Part shown: positions 50,801 to 62,000 of the stretch, in pieces
Numbering within the stretch: the first letter of the stretch is position 1
Layout: the number at the start of each line of letters is the position of its first letter
NCBI RefSeq assembly: GCF_001949145.1
Contig: NW_019091404.1
Span: forward strand, 310,001 to 372,000
DNA length: 62,000 nt
Direction: 5' to 3'
Source of the DNA: Acanthaster planci
Lineage: Eukaryota
The notes under the pieces: generated by a model
The model's input: the letters and a program-made list of their open reading frames with translations, nothing else
Database searches by the model: none
What the model was told of the DNA's origin: nothing
Translations under genes and position numbers: made by a program

Positions 50801-52450
50801 CATGATTCTTCAATCATCAGTTTTGCTGTTCAGTCACTGAAAACATTAAGATTTCTGGACATCAAAACAACACCAATAAATTGAAGACACTGGTGATGGA
50901 ATGTGCATCCAAGCCGATATATTGCAGAAAAAATGTTTTGCGTAAAAAGCAGAAACTACTGACCCGAAAATACAAGCTTACGGCTGCTTACGGCGCTCTC
51001 AGTCCTCCATAATAAAAGCAATTAATATAGATACATTAAACACTGTAGACGAACGTTTCCACTTTTTAGAAGATCCGCCGATCTCCGTTTTTGTAAAAAA
51101 CGTTTAGCGGACCCTGTCAATAAGCAACATAAAGATTTTATGGCGCATTGTTCTGTCTTCCTTCCACCCTCCCCAATTTAAAATTGACCCCAACTCCGCC
51201 CACTATTACTTCTCGACACATGGCAGCGCCAGTGCATTTTGCATGGGCGAAACTGGACGACAGTGGCACGGTTCCCAACGTAACTTGTGACGATTCAACC
51301 TGGGTGGTATTGGAAACACGCCCTCTCACCGCGGCGAGGCCTTGCCAGCAAGGTCAGGAGTCGGCTGACGATATCCTGTGAGACGCTCTCACCTTGCCTT
51401 TGCCCTAGAGTGTCAAGGTTCCACCGCGCGCTGTCGACGGTGTCAAGTCAAGGTGACGTCAGATGGTGTGTCTTGTGTTTACATTTTGGAGTTTACAAGT
51501 CTGCAATGTTAGTCACTTACTGCGAAGTGCAGTTGGACGTTTTTACAGGTTTTCGGTGCATGTACATGTACATGTACAGTATAGCTACGTGTATGTATAC
51601 GTCCCGTTCCACAAAAGCCATCACGATGGTCCCGGACGCTTTGGAAATAAGAAAAAACCATTTTGTGACGCTCGTAGTTGCATAGTTATACATAATAACC
51701 AATTTTGATCACGAAACGAAAAAGATTGCCCTTACCTAAGTCATCGTTATGAAAGTGCGATTTCTTCTTAAAACACACCAATCACCTTAAAACACATTGC
51801 CACACACTGATAAATCATACCCCCCCATCAGGGTAGGTATTGCTTTACATGTAGACCTAAATCATGCAATAAAAGTCTTCCCACGGCACTTGAAGCAAGA
51901 AATTGGAAATTCCGGTACAAAACTTGATTGTTCTTACCACATAGGAAACCCCTCATTAACCCCTCAAAGCCTCTATGACAAACAAATCTCAGCCGGTCCG
52001 AGAATTCACAGCTAAAAAACATAACCAAGCGTCAAAATCTCTCATTGTTAAAATCGTGAGTCATCCTTACTTGAGGGCGTTTAAAAACGTTCCCATGGTT
52101 GTAGGCCAGCAAATAGGTCCAACTCGTTTTCGCAGACCAAATCACGATAATAGGCTATCGATTGGATTCTCTGATATTAGGATATTTCGTGGCATGTGTG
52201 AACTGGGTGGTTTGTAAGAAGGGAGGATGGAATCTCCCAGCAGGACTGCCAGCTTGTATTTCTGAAGGTATCGGACAAAACGGGGCCCTCCAATTCGATC
52301 TATTTTGCAGTGGAGTGCAGGCATCAATTTTCAAATTGGCGATGGGCCTCTTGATTATTTTGAGGGATGTTTGTCTCTGGAGAGAAAATATCTTCAAAAG
52401 TCATTGGTTAAGCACTGAAAATTGCAAGGAACATGAAAGCTTATTTACCA

Positions 52451-52793
52451 GGAGGCATGTGGTCTAGTGAGTAAGGTTTGTAGCTTCTGATCATAGGGTC
52501 AGGGGTTCGAATCCAGCTGATGGAAGCATGTTGTAATCCTGGGCAAGTCACTTTACCCCCATGTGCCTCTCCCCACCCAGGAGAAATGGGTACCTGTGAG
52601 GGCAGGCACGGTTATTTGGCCGTTTGTGCCAAAATGGCAGCGCCAGGCTAGTATACTCCCCAGGTAGCTGAGATGGTTTCAGGAATTTTCAGATGATGTG
52701 TGAGCCCAATGTGCCGGGACAATGATAATACAGCGCCTCGGAATGGTTTGCTGGATAGAGGGCGCTTTACAAGTGCTTGTTATTATTATTATT
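52451..52793 (+). mobile_element. tRNA-derived SINE, apparently full length
   Basis: A-box-like TGGTCTAGTGAG, B box GGTTCGAATCC, central CCTGGGCAAGTCACTTTACC...CCACCCAGG..AAATGGGTACC, and a 3' GCGCTTTACAAGTGC followed by a (TTA)n tail. Confidence 0.8.
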
Positions 52794-53696
52794 GCTAGTC
52801 TACAACCCGAAGTTCTTTACTGAAATGATCAATGTGGGATCCAATGGAAAGAGTGACAGGGCAATTTCATCTACAGTGACCGGAAGTGACAAACAAGGTG
52901 CTGGAGTTATAATACCAAAATCTTTGTTGATCAATAAAAACGTGGACAGAAACTTAAGTTTTATGAAACGTGGCGTTTTATTTTAAACACAGGGAAAGGA
53001 ATGTTGTACTGGAAGTGCCATATACAACTGTCATGAAAACGACAGTGAGACAAAAAGGAAAGAAATCAACAAATGTCTAATGAATGTTGCCAATTTGGCT
53101 CTGAAATGAAGATCATTTTTGACTCTTGACGTTACCATCAAATACAAACAGCGCGCTTTAGAGTTTTCATTAATTATACATAAACGAAAAAAGTTGAAAA
53201 ATCGTTTGTTTGGTACGCTTAGGTTTTTTTTAAGTTTAAAGGTCAGAATTTAAATAAATTGCCAAGACGTAAAACAGAAATATAAACTAAGAAACGAACA
53301 AGCAAATCGGGAGCAGTGAAGGGCGATTTAGAAATTAATTTGTTGAGAACGGGCTGACGCAGAACTGGGCCACAGACGGTTATTCATGCAGTATAGGCTG
53401 GTGGGAGATCACCCTCCAATAAATTCACACTAAGGTCAACAGAGAACTGGCTACGAAGTAAAACAAACACAGAGAAAAAAACTACTGGGTCAAGATCACT
53501 TTATAGCAACTTTGAATGAAAATATATGCACCCTTGCTGCCCTGTGCTGCATGTATAGCACCACTACGGTATGGCACACTGGTAGTAATGACTTTCGTGG
53601 AGGAAAAAAAAAATAAATCCACTCGTACAAAAATGAGTTACATGGGGGCGTCCCTACTGATGACTCCAAAGATTTCTTATTCATTCTCCGCTACGT

Positions 53697-55849
53697 TTAC
53701 TCCGCTTCCAAATCCTCCAAATCGTCATCATCTTCTTCATCATCTTCTTCTTCTTTTTCCTCGGCGCCTTCGGGGTCGTCTACCCCATCTGCGTCCTCAG
53801 CCGCTGCGAGCGGGTCAGCGGTCGGATCGGCCTCGTAGCCTTTCGACTCGTGAAGGACGTCGGCGTCGCCTTCCTTGTAGACGGGGGAGGCGTATTTCTC
53901 GTCGGGGCTCTCCACGTCGAAGCCATAATCTTCGCCGTAGTGGTCCTTGGAGTCTGTCTTACACTCTCCTGTGTTGCCACAAATTTGAAAGGATGGATTT
54001 ATCTTTTTAATTACTGAGGGTTAAACCGATTTTCTTCTGTTGATGCTCTTTTGGGGGTGGATAAAGGAAGGTGCAGTGGTGGAGACAGGTGACGCTTACG
54101 GTGCATCGGAGGTGTGACTGGTCAACGGGTAAAATTCTAGAATTTGGACTGCATGATTTACGGTCTCATCACTGTATTGCGCATGACTTCGAGTGGGAAT
54201 TTTATCATGTGAAACCGGTGTGATTGTGTGAGCTGAGACAATGGTGTTGCTCATGGTGGGTGGGGACAAGTAGGATTGAAGTGCTGGGTTTGCCATTAGA
54301 CCTAGGTGGCTCAGTTCATATAGACTGATGTTGTAATTGGGGAAGGGGCCGGGACCAGGTGAATCAGTGATGACCGACCTGGAATCCACTTTCATAGGCT
54401 TAGAAGAAAATTTTAGTAAGCCTATATGCTAAGCTCATATTTATCAGACCACTTGTTACAAGCAATATCATCATGACATTGGGGCCGGTAACCTGTGTTT
54501 TTCTTGGCAAATGGATTTTTCTACGCTTTGCAGTTGTCCAACTTCGGCAGCTCTATGAAATTGACCCCATGAAGTGGTAGTGTTAATATAAGATATGTTG
54601 AGGTTTTTGGTTTGAATCGTTTCAATCGTTTTCCCTACAACTTTCTCGGTAGGCCTAATTGTGCTTTTTTGGTGATGGATTAGGATAGCTGATCATTTAT
54701 TGAGACTGACACTGGGGCTTTCTAGTTGTTCAACAGTTTTTCGGTGTGCCTATCATAGACTTAATGTTTTCCAGACCGATTAAAGAAAGCCTTTCAGTCT
54801 TCTAAACGGGAAAGTGCACAAACTCAAATTGATAACCTACCGTCGACACAGTCCTCCGACGCCTCCATATCCTCATCGTGGGGCTCACCCTTGCAAGGAC
54901 AGCGTCCATCGCACACCTTGAAGATGGGCCGGCCAGGGTTGTGGCACGCGCTCTTGCACAGGAAGCAGTCATTCATGTGACTCATGCCGTCGTTGGAGCA
55001 AACCATGCTCACCGTTGGCGGGCACCTGAACATGCAGGGGTCCTTGTCGATCAGGCCAGCGATATCTGGGATGAGAAAAGAAAAAGAAGAAATCTGCGGT
55101 AAGAAATAATGAGTAAATACAAATAGCACCTGCTTGTCGACAAGAACGGTGAAAACAGGGGGAGCATTTTGGCTGACCTGCACCGGTGTCATTATGACAA
55201 TGACTGGCTCAAACAACCAGCAAGCCATTTCTGTTGAGCAGTAAAAACAGTTAGGCTATGTTGATGAGGATTCAAAGAGATGAAACATCTAGAAATAACA
55301 CATTGCATAAGACTTGGAGAAACGTGTGCGCCTTATTTGACAGATCTGAGACACGCTGAGGGAGGGAATTAATTTTCCTTGTCATAGTGAAGAGGAAAGT
55401 TCAGGAAAACTGTAGTCCATCCGAACCTCACAATGCCATGTTGGGACTGAGAATTCCACTTGACATGCTTTGTATGACGTTTTATTACAACCTCGTGTAA
55501 AATAATCACGTTTTGCCAGCCCCGCAGTAACTATCTTTGGAAAATAAATTCAAGGATTTGGGAAATGCAATTGAGAGGTGGGAATATGGTTTATCATGAA
55601 TGAATGTGCAATTTCATTTTGATCACCCCCAAAGTTACCTTGTATTCCTGTGTACTTAATTACTTAATTTCATCGATGGAAATACACAGATCTATGCCTA
55701 CCCATAGCCCCGGCACTTGCTTTGCATTTTGGGAAGTATGGAGCGTCGTCTGTCTCTGCCGCCCCCAACGTCGCAATGAGGAGAAGAACAGTACCGACCG
55801 CAACTGCATGGTTTGTTGAACGTAGACGACACAGCCCCGGATCTCCCAT
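53697..55849 (-). CDS. Secreted Kazal-domain protein 2 with a highly acidic tail (~214 aa)
   Basis: Exons 55702-55849 (MGDPGLCRLRSTNHAVAVGTVLLLIATLGAAETDDAPYFPKC...), 54841-55065 (Kazal-like CMFRCPPTVSMVCSNDGMSHMNDCFLCKSAC...CDGRCPC), 53697-53968 (Asp/Glu-rich tail ending EEKEEEDDEEDDDDLEDLEAE*). Phase 1 junctions. Confidence 0.86.
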
Positions 55850-56512
55850 TCTTGTTGCAAGAAGCCTCCCCGAATACCCTGTTCAGAAACCAAACAGAGA
55901 CCTTTTGAAAAAAAATTATATAATACAAATTATCACTAATTTATTAACTTGCCACCAGCCACCACTGGTTGATGATACATTCTCATTGCTCCCTTTGGAT
56001 TTGATTTGGTTGATTTGAAGTATAAAAGCTGCCTTGTTGAGCAAAGATTAGGATTTCAGTAGTTTGTAGACGCTGTTTTAAAACAGATCCTCAGTCTGGG
56101 AAACGTGTATCAATCCAGAAATATAAGTAAAAGGATATATAAAGTGGACGAAATCCTATAAGAGTGACAAAGTTGTGTTCTTAGAAACCATGCAGTTTCC
56201 CACGATGGTTTATGTAAACGCTGCTAAAATATTCAGAATATTTAAAAAGCGAAACGCCATGCATCCTCTATCGGATAGTACTTAATTATACCCATATAAT
56301 AACGACTATCTAATTCGTACTCATTGTCAGAAGTGAATATGTTAATACTGATGAATCAAACAGCGCAGATAAATCAACAGATTTGAACGTGGCACAACGA
56401 AGAACATTGCCACAGGTTCTGGATTTATATCTGATATACATGTACCCACCTTGGAAAGTGATGAAGTCTCCCAGAGCAAAGAGATGAACGTCGCTAGGAG
56501 ATGNTGGAATAA

Positions 56513-59170
56513 GGCCGGCAAAGATGTTTGCAGAATTGCTTTGTGCGCTTTCGTCAAACTCTGTGATACACGTTGTAAATAACTATCACCTCAGCTACAA
56601 CGCAGCTATTTAATGCCCCTAAAATCGCTTCATGAGTTTGAAAACTGTGCTCTTTCCTGTTGCTTTTCGGCCACGTGTCTGAAAAATTTAGTAATGCTAA
56701 CGTGTAACGTCGTTATAGGGCCCAAGCGGATCGATCGGACTACAGCTGGGTTGGATTAAAGAGAGAAATTCCTTTCTTGAAAATGAGGAAGTGTAGATTC
56801 AGATATATTTATTCACAGCGGAGAGCGAGCTGTTTCAGAAAACAGAGGACTCTTGGGACGGTTGAGGTAGGCAATTTCGTGAGTATGACGCCGATTCACG
56901 CAAAAAGCAAAATGTATTAAATGGTAGACGCACTGTCCTGTATTCGAACCGGGGGAAAGTTGACTATAACCATCACTTTAAATTCCAATTCATTCAATTT
57001 AGAGAGAAAAATCAATAATAGACATGCACGAAATCAGGGACGCGGGTGGGGTATATGTGGTCTCCCGTGATTGGTTCGTTTGTGTAAGGGTCAACCGCTC
57101 TACAGCAACAGGTGTGCTCATTCCCATAAGCGGGCTGCCATTTCATTGCATGCTGGCAAAAATCAGGACTTAGGTTTTCTACGAGGGTTAACCCTAATGA
57201 TGCTGAACAAAAACACCATCACACTGATATCCAGTATAAAAGAGCATTTCTTTTAGTCCCAATCTGATCACAATAATGTGAACACTCTTGGTGCCGTGCA
57301 ATAACAAGTTATATATCAGTATAAAGCAAAATGATTTGGCGCAGAATCTCATCGCGTTCCGTGCATCGATTCTTCATGTACACCTAACAGGCTGCTTTTC
57401 TATCTGCATTATGTTGTTGAGTAATGCTGGGCCACAGAAACACGAGGGAACAGAGAGAGTAGGCTACAGACCGGGAGATTCGTGCTGGTTCACAATCCGC
57501 CAGTGAAACTCGATATACACCTTATTGGTTCAAATTCAACTCGACACTCAAGCTGACTGACTTAGCGAAGCGTATGAAAGCCTACCACCCTCAAACACAA
57601 ATTTTCAAAGTGTTCTTTCGCCGCGGAGAGTCACTGTCTCGCATTTACCAATTCCTATCTCTCCCTCCATAGCACTTTGACAACATCTTTCAGGGTTGTG
57701 AGCCCTTTACACGTATCGATGGAAGTTGTGTGGGGTTGGACAAAATAATGGTAGTTGTGGACAAACAAAACAAAGACTTAAAACCAAACAAAAACACGGG
57801 GAAACATACAAAAACAAACAAACAAACAAACAAACAAACNTGGCCGGCAAAGATGTTTACAGAATTGCTTTGTGCGCTTTCGTCAAACTCTGTGATACAC
57901 GTTGTAAATAACTATCACCTCAGCTACAACGCAGCTATTTAATGCCCCCTAAAATCGCTTCATGATTTTGAAAGCTGTGCTCTTTCCTGTTGCTTTTCGG
58001 CCACGTGTCTGAAAAATTTAGTAATGCTAACGTGTAACGTCGTTATAGGGCCCAAGCGGATCGATCGGACTACAGCTGGGTTGGATTAAAGAGAAAAATT
58101 CTTTTCTTGAAAATGAGGGAGTGTAGATTCAGATATAGGTATTCACAGCGGAGAGCGAGCTGTTTCAGAAAACAGAGGACTCTTGGGACGGTTGAGGTAG
58201 GCAATTTCGTGAGTATGACGCCGATTCACGCAAAAAGCGAAATGTATTAAATGGTAGACGCACTGTCCTGTATTCGAACCGGGGGAAAGTTGACTATAAC
58301 CATCACTTTAAATTCCAATTCATTCAGTTCAGAGAGAAAAATCAATAATAGACATGCACGAAATCAGGGACGCGGGTGGGGTACATGTGGTGTCCCGTGA
58401 TTGGTTCGTTTGTGTAAGGGTCAACCGCTCTACAGCAACAGGTGTGCTCATTCCCATAAGTTGGCTGCAATTTCATTGCATGCTGGCAAAAATCAGGACC
58501 TACTTACTGCGAGGGTTAACTGATGATGCTGAACAACAATACTATGCGTCGCAGTGATATCCAGTAATAGAGAGCATTGGTTTTTGTCCCAATCTGATCA
58601 CAATAATGTGAACACTCTTGGTGCCATTCTTAACACAGTGCAATAACAAGTTATATATCAGTATAAAACAAAATGATTTGGGGCATAATCTCATCGCGTT
58701 CCGTGCATCGATTCTTCATGTACACCTAACAGGCTGCTTTTCTACCTGCATTATGTTGTTGAGTAATGCTGGGCCACAGAAACACGAGGAAACAGAAAGA
58801 GTAGGCTACAGACCGGGAGATTCGTGCTGGTTCACAATCCGCCAGTGAAACTCGATATACACCTTATTGGTTCAAATTCAACTCGACACTCAAGCTGACT
58901 GACTTAGGGAAGCGTATGAAAGCCTACCACCCTGAAATACAAAATTTCGAAGTGTTATTTCGCCGCGGAGAGTCACTGTCTCGCATTTACCAATTCCTTT
59001 CTCTCCCTCCATAGCACTTTGACAAAATCTGTCAGGGTTGTGAGCCCTGAACACGTACCGAAGGAAGTTGTGTGGGGTTGGAAATAATAATGGTAGTTGT
59101 GGACAAACAAAACAAAGACATAAAACCAAACAAAAACACGGGGAAACATACAAAACCAACAAACCAACAA
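56513..59170. repeat. Direct tandem duplication, unit about 1.33 kb (56513-57839 and 57842-~59170), probably two haplotypes
   Basis: Both units start GGCCGGCAAAGATGTTT and align end to end with scattered substitutions and indels. Single Ns lie at 56504 and 57840. Confidence 0.9.
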
Positions 59171-59959
59171 ACGAATGAACCCAACATAAACATGCCCCTA
59201 AAACAAACAAAACAAAAACCAACAGAACAATTCAAATTAAGGGGTTCCGTAAAAAATATTAAAGTCTTAAAATAAAATTAAGATAAATGAGACAATAGGA
59301 CACAAAAGTCACAAATATTGACACAAATGGTTCAATTTAACTCCCGGGGAGCTTATAATATTTCTTATTTAGATATTCAGACAAGACAAAAGAACAACTT
59401 GTATCATAAAACATTGAACGATAGTAGGCTATTACATAAGAATAAAATCCACACAAATCCACACAGTGGACGCAGGCCCATTCTGCTATACATGTAAAAC
59501 CAATATTTACATTCGTCAATTTAAAGGTGATACCAGAATAAGCATTTCCCTCATCATGTTTTCTTTTCCTTTAATTGATGAATTTCCACTATTTTCGAGA
59601 ATTTAGATACCTTGCATGGGAATCAGTTATCTTTTAAATTTTGGGGAATTATATTTTTTTTCAATAGGAAATAAAAACAACAAAATTCAGCCCATACTTC
59701 TTGAGGAATTGTTGGTAGGCCAATGTAAAGAAAGTATTGAAGTTCACGATTTTTTAGAAGTATTACAGTCATGCAAAATAGCCATTGGGAGCAAGGGTCA
59801 TGTTGTTTCAATAAAACTGGGACATAGATTCTCGGGATACTCCAAGAAGAGTAAACCACTCCCCCAGTTGAGATCAGATCATTCCCGACTTAATTTCTCA
59901 CTTCAGTAGAGACAGAAGGATCCAGAGTTGTACAATTTCATAAGGGAGTATACTGGCTG

Positions 59960-61586
59960 TTAAGGACACGGTCCTGAAAAAAACAACAAACATAATTTAC
60001 GAAGACACGTCTAGAATAAGGTCCCAGAGCTACAGTTACGTCTATAATCAGGATGTGCCCAGCTCGACTATAAGGCGTATCTCTAGTTCAAGGATTTATA
60101 AGTGTTATTTTCCCGAAAGATCTTTGCTTAGCATATCAGGATCAAATACATTTTGATATTAAGTAGGTCATTTTCGAGCGCAGCAGTCTACTGAAGCTAA
60201 AGCTATAAATCATTTACTATTGTGAATGGTGAAGGGGTTGAAGGAGGCTGACAAGTTTAGAAAGACTTCACTCAAATTGCTCGAACTGAAGACTTGGACC
60301 ACGCTAACTTGCACACAATTGTTGATGCTCACCTTTTCCGAGGCAGAAGCCACCAGGAACGACACCGGCACCGGGGGTGGGATCCGGCACCGGCACGAGG
60401 CTAGACGCCGCCGCGCCCGCTGTCCCCCTCTGTCCACACGGGCAGAACCCGTCGCAGGCCTTGTGCAGGTCCTTGTTGCTGCATGCGGTCTTACAGAGGA
60501 TGCAGTCATTGAGGTACTCCTCTCCGTCGCTGCCGCAGACCGGTCGGTAGCGCTGGGAGCAGAGGATGGCCGAGCAGTTTTCTCCCATGCTGGGAACAGC
60601 TGGCGAGGAAAGGGTGTTTTAATATGCATTTTTTTACAGACGAAATTCTGCTATCTTTACAATACCAACATTCGACATCTTGAACAGGTTGGAATTTGCA
60701 TCCAATGATTGTTTCCTTTAATTAACAGATCCTACAAGTCTGTAGTTATATGCGTCTTTGCAATATGCATCATGAGGCCCAAGACGTCTTGCTGAAAACC
60801 AACCTGTGACAGAGTTTCTACAGCCGGGATAATAATACCGACTTCCCGCTGTCACGCCACACAAGATTGGGAACAACGTAATGAGGAGAAGGCTAGCCAT
60901 CACGAGCTGCACCAAGGAATAACGAAGGTGGTACCTGTATCTCTGAAGAAAAAGAAAAACACGAGGTCAGTTTGGCGCTTTTAACCGGCTCTCCTTGCGG
61001 GAATGTGTCCCCGCACGTCCTCCCGCCAGGGCCCGGTTTCTCCCCCGAGAAATCGGACTGTGCACTGTGATACGGGGAAGTAGGAGGAAGGCCCCATCCC
61101 TGGGGTCCTCCCAACTGGAAAAAAATATCGGCTATTTGTCACTTTAAAAAGACTAGCCGAGGTTGTGTCGACTAATAATGGGTAGGTCTATTGGGAGTTT
61201 GGTCCGATGGTGTGATGGGGGGGTGCCCACATAGAAGACGGCTGTCAATCTCAGAATGGCATCATCTTCCGTTTTATCATTACTGGTCATCGCAAGTGTT
61301 AGGATCCAAAGATGGCGCCTCCAGACCTCTATGGCGATGGCCTGAATATCCGTAATTTATTTGAAGCGTCGGTTTAGCAAAAAAAAGACTAAGGACTCTC
61401 TTTATTCTTTGAAATTTAAATCACAAACAGAGACGAGATTTACAATCATCGCAAGAGCTCTCAACCTACTTCTCCAGACAGTGTACCACTGTGGCAACAA
61501 CAGCACCTTCATTTGGATTTTTCTCTCAACAGTAAACACACAAAAGAAGGGTCACTCACCCACTGCCGAATCAAATATTTTTCCAT
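59960..61586 (-). CDS. Secreted Kazal-domain protein 3 with a minimal tail (~125-148 aa depending on start)
   Basis: Exons 60804-60942 (contains ATG 60900, MASLLLITLFPILCGVTAG, YYYPGC), 60333-60599 (Kazal CSAILCSQRYRPVCGSDGEEYLNDCILCKTAC...CDGFCPC), 59960-59973 (GPCP*, strong tttttttcag acceptor). A possible in-frame upstream exon at 61560-61586 (MEKYLIRQW, GTGAGT donor) makes the start uncertain. Confidence 0.8.
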
Positions 61587-62000
61587 GAAAACAAAATTTA
61601 TAAATCCGAAACGAAACGAAAGTCTTTCACGCACAATAAATCTCTAAATGATTAGTGTAGACTGTCATCTTCGATGTTTGGGTAAGCCATGCAGAGCTGA
61701 AGATTCTACCCGAACTGACACACTGGTGATACTTGCCAAATGGTATCGCTCTTTGTATGAAGACAGCAAGAGCGCAATGAATCGGGTATAGTTTCGTAAG
61801 TCTGAATCATACGTGGATTGTTTTGGGCCCTTGTCACATGAACCTAGAATTATTGATTACAGGAGAAAAAGAGCATGCTGTGATATTGTTTTGCTGCTGT
61901 GGAGTGGTGTGCCATTGATTGTCAGATCAATATTAAGGTCGCTGCATCCATGCCATTATCAATGTCACGTGCTCCATTGTTTGATAGCAATTCCGTCGGT

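Noticed and set aside
52451..52530. tRNA gene
   Set aside because: Has A and B boxes but no complete cloverleaf, and continues into a SINE body and (TTA)n tail. The same applies to 7353-7430.
56513..59170. 1.33-kb tandem duplication as a biological repeat
   Set aside because: The first unit is bracketed by single-N joins and the copies differ by a few percent with indels. This fits two alleles assembled in tandem, and no coding content is evident.

Overview
Eukaryotic genomic scaffold, intron-rich, with five long N-gaps and three single-N joins. Repeat content and gene families suggest a marine invertebrate, probably an echinoderm (inference). Splicing GT-AG exons by hand gives seven protein-coding genes. 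(1) NECAP, the AP-2 adaptin ear-binding protein, on the minus strand at 6236-11979. (2, 3) Two tandem plus-strand short Draper/MEGF10/CED-1-like type I receptors (EMI + EGF + TM + Tyr-bearing tail) at 12419-20035 and 21704-30817; the first is head-to-head with NECAP. (4) A GPI-type Ly6/uPAR (LYPD6-like) three-finger protein with microexons at 39282-43264. (5-7) Three tandem minus-strand secreted proteins at 44587-47271, 53697-55849 and 59960-61586 that share an atypical 9-Cys Kazal domain but have very different P1 residues and C-terminal tails. The rest is MITEs, tRNA-derived SINEs, a microsatellite, a minimal hammerhead-ribozyme motif and probable haplotype-duplication artefacts. The best candidates for undescribed biology are the receptor pair (near-identical ectodomains, unalignable tails, as in paired receptors) and the Kazal trio (basic, acidic and minimal tails). 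All gene models were read manually, with no database search or transcript evidence.
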